A stretch of 58,651 bases of DNA from Hydrolagus affinis (Eukaryota): NCBI GenBank assembly GCA_012026655.1, contig JAAILG010000241.1, forward strand, positions 62,001 to 120,651, in the 5' to 3' direction. A program made the translations under genes and the position numbers. Position 1 is the stretch's first letter; the number at the start of each line of letters is the position of its first letter. Positions 51,166 to 58,651 of this stretch are shown in pieces. The notes below the pieces were generated by a model. That model had not been told where the DNA came from and searched no databases. It saw only the letters and a program-made list of their open reading frames with translations.

Positions 51166-53449
51166 ATGGAATAAGATTAGATGCTCCAATATATTTAATG
51201 TGGATTATAATAATATCTGTTTAATATATTGAACACCTGATTATATTCTGCCTCATTGTCTGTCTAGCAGCTGACTTTTTTTGCTTTGTAATAGGTGTTT
51301 TAGCCATGGATTTCTCACCTGTTGTTACTTTCCATACGGTAATAAGCTTCTGCTCTTGTTTCTTTTATTGTTGCCTGCTCATCTCTTCTAAATCTGACCT
51401 GGTGGATTCATAAACAGCATCTGCTTTAATCACACCATTTGGGTTATGAAGAGTGACGGAACATATTAGCTAGTTTGAAATGGTAAGTTCAGTTTGCTGA
51501 TCAAATAATTGTATTCTTGATATGAATCGAAACAGATATTTGCCAGATTCATTCTATGTGGGGCAACGCAACAGTAAATGAAAGTATCTTTCCTATTTAT
51601 AGAGGCTGAGTAGTGTCACAGCTGTATTAGTCTGTGACTCCTGGTTGGAGTCCAAATTTACTGCAATGGAAGAGATTTAAGCCATATGTTTGTGAATTAT
51701 AATGTGAATGAAGTCATGCACTGATGAAAATTCCAGGGCAGTTCAACTTTTCAGACATTTTGTTTTGGAGCACTATACTGTAAATGATAAATGTTAAACA
51801 AGATAGGATTAACTTTGACATGAAAAATAGGAAAGCACCACCACATTCTGTAAGAAGCTACATAATGTGGATAGTGGCGATAAGTGTAAGTTGAACTATT
51901 GGACTATAGAAAAAACACACTATCGAACATGTTTCAGCATTGCCCCTCCCTTCTTTCACTTTATGACTTACTTCAAAAAAATGCATTATTCTTACAGTAT
52001 TCAATGAATCCTGTTTTAAACTTTAAGGTAAAAGACCTTTTTGCATGTTAAAACTTGGCAGCAAAACATGTGTCATATGGCTTGGACACTATGTACCGGA
52101 TCATGTCAGAGTCTGTGCCTGGTGGGATTGTGTGCTTGCCTTATTTTATAAATTTTTGAGGATGTAGCGGCTGACTGGGTGATTGAGTGGTCCTGATGAA
52201 GAAATTAGTTTGGATTACTGCCAAGGAGACCAGATGCATTTTGACTGTGTGTGAATATTTAGTCATCAAAGGCAGACACATACTGAACTGTAAGCAACAA
52301 ACTAAAATCTAAACTAAAAATCATAGCGGTGGGAAAGTAAAATAAAATAGCTTTCCTGTGACCCCTGCTTGCAAATTCAAATGTCTGAATAAGATCGGGC
52401 TCTTCTTGGTCAAAGTGTAGGTTAATGCCACACTCACCAGCTAGGCTCATACAAGAAGAATGAAGGCTGTACGCCACTAAGCCAGTCTCTACAGGCAAGG
52501 AAGCAGAGAATGTTTTTATCTGAACCACACTATTTTGTAAGCTAATGACTGATTACCCACCGAGTTCCTTTCTTTGTGAACCCATAAACAAGAAGTTGCT
52601 ATTTCTGAGCATTAAAGTGGAATAAATGAGAGGATTGCTTTGAGCTGGGAAAGCAATACAGTATAAAAATAGACAATCTGTTGCACTTAGCATTTGGCAG
52701 AGAAAATGTGTATTCCAAAACATTTAAGAGTGGGGAGGCACTAATGAAAGCTGACAAGCTGAGAAAGTGGTGGAGTAAACAAACTAGTTGGAGGTCACAT
52801 TAGATTACTGAAAAAAAGTGGCTGTTGCAGCTACAGCTGAGGCAGAATGAAACATTTAAAAATATATTTAATTTAAATAAAGACATATTGAAACATCCTG
52901 AGTAGCAACAAAGCATTTTCAAGTGAAAATGCATCTTAGTACTCGCTGTCATTCTGATTTATATGCTCCCTCTCGTAGAAGGGTAAAAACATGAGCACAA
53001 ACACTGTTTGCATCAGTGCAGTTTTGTTGCCTGACATTCTGCACCAAACAGAGGAGAGTGATCAGTTATCAGGAGCCAAAACAAGACTGGAATAAATTGA
53101 TTATTAAAAAAAAGTAATGCTGTCTTATCAAATCTATACGTTATGATAGAATGAGATGTTTCTCTTATGTTAGAAACTTTTTGGATAGATTTCTGTACTT
53201 TCTATTCAGATTCAAGAAGGTGTGTACAAGGTGCTCTATTTTACTTGCTTTTGAGTTCAATAGAGGAATTCAACATTCAGCAAAGTTGGATGTCATAAGT
53301 TGTGCAGGTAGTCCAACAATGAGTGTTCTAGGAAACTGAACTAATAATGGAGTACAGAGAGCAATTTTTTAAATAAGGAAAAATATTATGTACATGAAGT
53401 ACAGTATAAGGTATGAACATAATTGATTTGATTTGACAGTCATTTCAAC

Positions 53450-53785
53450 AATTCTTGCCTTTAAGTCAGAAGGTAGTGGGTTCAAACCCTTTGTCATGAA
53501 TTTCAACTCACAAAGTTTTAAAGATCCAATGGCACTATTGCAAAACAAAATAATTTCTCAGTTTGTCCTGTCAACAATCACTTTATGGCTATTGTGAAAC
53601 ATTCCCATGTGCAAATTAAACTGCTATGTTAGCCTTCAAATGCCCAGTCACTACACTTTGCAGATACTTGAAGATGTGAAAAGCGCTATGTCAAATGCAA
53701 GGATTATTATTATATATTATACTTTGCGAATGACTTTGAGACTAAATATTGAATGTGCAATATCAAATGCAAGGATGAATAATAC
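53450..53785 (+). mobile_element. Deu-type SINE relic followed by two SINE tails
   Basis: tcttgcctttaagtcagaaggtagtgggttcaaaccc head, aaagatccaatggcactatt core, and tails ending tcaaatgcaaggat at about 53704 and 53775. Confidence 0.7.
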
Positions 53786-54949
53786 ATTTCTAAAATCATG
53801 AGTTTCACTGATACACATTATTAAGTAGCTGATATTTTATATTTCCTTTGTTTATCTGAAAATACCATAAAAAGAAACACAAGCAATTATTACCCCCTTT
53901 AAACCATGAGAAAGAAACAATTGAGTGAAATGACCATTGACCTAGAATGGAAGAAATTAGGCCTTTTGAGTCCTCGTCATAACTATTCTCTCAGGGCAAT
54001 AAAGTATGATGTTGGGGGATGGGGGTAGGAAAAATTGGGATTGCTTCATTAACGAGCCTTAAGAGATTGAAATAAGTCAATGGTTTCAGAGTACGAGTTT
54101 CCTTCAAAGTGACATCAATAACTGTCTGGTAACATCGATATCTATCTCTGTAAGAAGGACATATAGTAAAAAGCTTCAGTTTCTTTCTGGCTGACTTTCT
54201 TTGTGAATAAACAATTCAGAGGGAAATTGAGAGGAATTGAGGGAAATGATTCCAATTCAAGTAACCGCTGTGTGCAGAGTGCAACCTGCCTGGGAAAGAA
54301 CTTTCAAAACCTACCCCCACAGGGATTCAACGTCCTATTTGAATTCATTGAGTTTTGCAAAAGCACGTTGTTGGCAAGTACAACAGTAACATATGGAATG
54401 CATTATTTAACATGAGGTCTGATGTGGATATCAGATTGCAATTCGCAATTGGACTCTTTTGCAAAGTATAAATATATGCTTAGTTAATTCCAACATGTTT
54501 TAAATCCTCTCAGAAACAGCAAACGGAAATGAAAGGAAACAAATGGTACAGTCCAATTTCTGATTTTGCTGTTTGTTTATTTGGCAGTTTTATTCTGCAA
54601 TTTATTCAATTTCATTTATTTTTCCTCCTACTGGGGTATTTTCAAATGGTGATTAAGGATATGTTCCTTTGGAGGACAAGCTTAATTTAAACAAGCCCTT
54701 TCTGATCACTAATAGATTTTTCAGTGTGATAGAGGTGGAAAATATTCTAATAGCTTTAGGAAAGAAACACTTAATACAGTACGTATATGGAAATTGTTAA
54801 CAAAGGGAGGAGTATCACTGGCAGTTGCAACTAATGTAATCATCCTCTATAAAGGCCACTTTTGAGTTCAAATCAGCTCTTCACAGATAAGTGGGTTTGT
54901 GTTAAGATTAGATGGATCAATAGGCACCACTGGAATGTGTACTTATTTA

Positions 54950-55055
54950 ATAATAATAATCATGTTTGCATTTGATATAGCGCTTTATCATGTCTTTGAA
55001 ATGTCTCAAAGTACTTCTCAGAATATCCTGTGAAGTGAATTGACTGTATATTTCA
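54950..55055 (-). mobile_element. SINE 3' tail
   Basis: ttgcatttgatatagcgctttatca...gtgaattgactgtatatt. Confidence 0.85.
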
Positions 55056-55404
55056 GAATATTAGTTGAGGAAATCCCTAGTTTTTGACAAAAGACCTAAC
55101 TCAGCTTGCGCACATATAAAGGACGCACACATAACCAAAGAACAGCTTGAATCATTTTTCACAACTCTATCATATAAAGAAGTGTTGAGACTGCACTATA
55201 AAATCAGAGAATTCCCTCAGCAAGTTATTGCAAAGGTATCATTGTTTCAATTATTTGTTATCCACATTCCAGTCTCATTTCACCATTCAACTGCCACAAT
55301 TATACTGTGGGTATCAGTAAAGATATCTCTGGGATAATTATTGGTTCTTAATCGGCTGCTTCAAGCAATTTGGAAAAATATATTTCAAACACAATGAAAG
55401 TAGA

Positions 55405-55520
55405 GCACATGGCACTATTCGAAAAGGGAACAGAGTTGATCCCAGAATCCTTGCCAACAATCCCCCCAAATAAAATTAGTCACTCACTCTATGGTTGTTC
55501 ATGGGACATTGCTGTGCTCC
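55405..55520 (+). mobile_element. Deu-domain SINE core relic
   Basis: atggcactattcgaaaagggaacagagtt..tccttgccaacaat..tgggacattgctgtgc. Confidence 0.6.
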
Positions 55521-57388
55521 TCTCTTTTAGAGATATGTAATTCACTGGGAGTAAGATTATGCTGTCAACTACCAGGTACCTTAATATAGTACTAACTAAA
55601 CACTCTTTGAGGAAGAAGAACCATAAAACATTTTTATCATGACTTCACATGTGCAACCGGGCCATGATCTAAATACAGTTTATATTTTCATTAAGTGCAT
55701 TTGTAAGCAAATAAGAAAATGTTTGTCAAATCCTGTAGGCTTCTCTAAGGAAAAAACATTCTTCAGAACAACCAAGGTAAAGGGCTGCAACACTGGAGAG
55801 CATTGGAATGGATTCAGTGGAAGGAGTTCTCTGGGTGCCTGATTAAGTGCCATCAACACTCTACAGTATTCATATTATAAGTTTATATGAAAAACACTTT
55901 ATCTGTAAATTATATTAATGCTGCGTTTATACACAGTGGAGCAAAGCCATTTACATGATGTGGAGTGGGAGCCTGGTTTATATTCCTGCTCTACATTGTA
56001 AAGCACTGGACTGTTAAAACCTAACACCTGATTTGGGAGAGTTGCACATTCATAGTCGGGCATAAGTGTAAAACATGAAAATCATGTGCTAGAATTTTAA
56101 TATTATTAAGGAGACAGTTTACACGGCTGGCTTTGTAACAACATTAGCAATTGCCTGTTTACCTTTCAGCAAGCTTTCAGCAACCCCGCATATAAATTGC
56201 GGCGTTGCTTTACCATCTCCTCAATTGTGGCAGAGTGGGGCTCCAGTGTTATTCATTCTCGCTAAACCTGCATTTATGCTGCACATTTGCTAATGAATCG
56301 CATTGAATTTGCCAGTGATTTGCTTCAAAACATGCACTACATGCATGTAAACATGCACTACAACTTCAATAATAGAGCTACACATGGCAATTATTTCATT
56401 AGCCTCTGATTCATATATTTGTGCAAAAATTCTTATTCGGTGTACATTCATCTAAAATGAAACTTTTTTTTATTGCTCCTTTGCTCTCAACTCCTGGCTA
56501 AACTGTACTAATAGCGGAGAGATCTGGCCCAGCTAGACGGATATTCCGACGAAGTGTTAATTAACACTTACTAACTCACATTTAAAAATAAATCCATCAA
56601 AGTAAAAACAAATCCTCTCTAACATTTAAAATGATTAAAAATCAATTTCAATAAATAAAATAGACAAAAATAAACAATATTGTGTGGTTCTGTACTCATT
56701 ACGGATGTGATGCAGCTGTGTTGATGCCCTCAGCAAAACTATTCAGTGTCAAACTGTGGGCATCCCATGGGCTGTGGGGTGTGAGCGATGAGTTGGGCTG
56801 GCAGGAGTTTGAAATTGTCTACATATGGGGAGGATATTTGGCTCAGGGAATTTTTTGTGAGGACCTGATCCTATTAATCTGGATTCTTAAAGCTATGGGT
56901 TCAATATAGCGCAGTCTCTCTGATGGTGCAGGCCCAATAACCCCCATATTGGGTATTTTATCAAGGTATTGTCAGATACTGCCCCCGTTAACAGAATCGT
57001 TTTACTGATTGCACAAAACGTGAGGTTGACTGACCAGAATGCAGATGTTCTGCTCAACTCTTGTCACCAGTAGCATCTAGAATCTCAACAGCTGTGTTAA
57101 TGTTCTAGAGGCTACTAGATCCAGAAATGAGGAATTGGAACCCTACAAATGATTACTTTTCATGCGGTTTACTTGAACTGTGGGTTTGTATTTTTAGCTA
57201 AGCTACCTCCATGACCACAAAAAAACTTGAAATCCTAGTCAGACTTAAGACATTGAAGAAAGTAGATTTGGAAAGTATAAGAATTGACCATGAAGTGAGT
57301 GACCATTTTTAGTTGGGGAAAATGTTGTCTGTTATTAATCTGCCACTCTGTGTGCATATACCCCAGGGACACAGTGACCCGCTACTAC

Positions 57389-57683
57389 AATAATAATCCT
57401 TGCATTTGATAAAGCACTTTTCACGTCTTCTAGTGCCTTATCACATCTTCGAGATGTCTCAAAGCGCTTCACAGAATATATTGTAAAGTGAATTGAATGT
57501 ATATTTGTGGGCAAAACGCAGCAAGACCATCGTGCACAGCAGTATCCCAGAAACAGTGATAGATTGAGTGCCCAAATTATTACTTTATTTTAGGGATTAT
57601 TATCCTCAGAAAAGCGATCTGCCAAACGACTAACAACCGGGTTCCTAGTTACTGCAAGGTAAACAGAGGTGTGTGGAGTAAGG
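57389..57683 (-). mobile_element. SINE, long variant, head missing, small duplication in tail
   Basis: Matches 47668-47930; tcacgtcttc/tcacatcttc is duplicated at 57421-57450. Confidence 0.9.
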
Positions 57684-58509
57684 CATATTATTGGAGAATT
57701 ACTGGGGAATATTGTTGACAGATTTAACCTCGTTAGGTCCTTCCTGGCCTTAATTCACCAGGAATAGAAAACATTGTCCTGATATACTGTGAAGATTAAT
57801 CTAGCTAGACGGATTGTATTTTGTTGAATTTAAAAGTTGTCTTTACAGGTAATATGCATTTTTGATAAGGAAAATGCAAGTGATTATTGATTTGGCTTCT
57901 GTTTATGTGTACATGTAATGATTAATACCAAGACGGCTGGACATTTTGTTGTGTGTTGCAGCATGCAGAGAGAAGCCAGTGTTGACTTTTAAGGAACACA
58001 CATAAATTCTTTTGATAAGATCTGGGGTCATTTAAAAAAAATTACCACCATGTACAGATTGGCTCGTCTGATTCTGGCAGGTGAATGAATGCACCATTGG
58101 GTTCAAGTAAACTTTAGACTACTCTGTTTAGATAGGAATGGGTGAAATGTTGCCATTCAGAAAGAAATTAATGAACATGATACATGGTGTACTTCATGGG
58201 AGCAGGATATTTACCCAATGATCTAATTTCTTCACAGTCAGTTGGGTGTCTGACAAACACACACACAACCCCATCACAATTCTTAAGCATATTCAAACCA
58301 AATTACTGAGAGTTCTGTATCTGGACAGAAAAATCTGTTTTCTTAGTATGATATGTGTACTCTCTCTCCTGCTCCCTGCACCCTACTTACCCAATCCTGG
58401 AGAGTTTAGGGGCAGATTGATGAGAGCTTAGCTTTGAAGACTCCAGATTGTCATATCTTAACAATATGTATTGATGTCATTTACCTTTCCAGCTAGACCT
58501 CTAGCTAGA

Positions 58510-58651
58510 CAACAACAACAACAACAACAAATTACATTTATAGAGCGCCTTTCACGTCGGGAGGACGTCCCAAGGCGCTGCACAGGGGGAGTGTGACCCG
58601 AGCTGGGAGGGGAGTGTTTGGGCGGGGGTGAAACACGAAGGGGAGGTCGAA
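58510..58651 (-). mobile_element. Young-looking L2 3' end, continuing beyond the window
   Basis: (CAA)n then attacatttatagagcgcctttcacgtcgggaggacgtcccaaggcgctg, with CpGs intact. Confidence 0.88.

Larger units (their letters stand above)
30465..58651 (+). other. PRKG1: PRKG1 following intron (partial, >28 kb)
   Basis: GTAAGT donor. The expected next exon (..NVKLWAIDRQCF..) was not seen in the window. Confidence 0.85.

Noticed and set aside
57069-57116. 14-bp imperfect hairpin agtagcatctagaa/ttctagaggctact
   Set aside because: Stem too short for a pre-miRNA and no other support.
56531-57814. agctagacggat direct repeat as a TSD, and the 18-bp palindrome at 56552-56569
   Set aside because: 12-mer pairs at this distance and AT-rich palindromes of this size are expected by chance; no element ends were found.
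30465-58651. Nested gene such as the mammalian intronic CSTF2T retrogene
   Set aside because: No long ORF or RRM-like peptide in the window.

Overview
AT-rich vertebrate genomic DNA, most likely from a cartilaginous fish (inferred from the SINE, L2, CR1 and Penelope-type repeat content). The window lies entirely inside PRKG1 (cGMP-dependent protein kinase I) on the + strand. It holds two coding exons: 719-885 (167 bp) and 30351-30464 (114 bp). They splice in frame across a 29,465-bp GT-AG intron and encode most of the first cyclic-nucleotide-binding domain (CNB-A). No further PRKG1 exon was recognised. The rest is intron containing tRNA-derived SINEs, Deu-type and other old SINE relics, L2 and CR1 LINE fragments, three TA-flanked Tigger/pogo-like non-autonomous DNA transposons, a probable Helitron relic and a Penelope-type hairpin. 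The other ORFs in the track are spurious or LINE reverse-transcriptase remnants. I found no new protein-coding system. The most notable non-coding signals are: a 178-bp long-range inverted repeat bracketing a cargo-carrying transposon; a nested hairpin cluster at about 9.4 kb; an excess of TACAGTA/TACTGTA transposon-footprint words; a palindrome-rich candidate enhancer at about 50 kb; and inverted SINEs positioned to circularise the exons. Repeat boundaries, counts and family names are by eye or from recalled consensus sequences and need RepeatMasker/Dfam confirmation.
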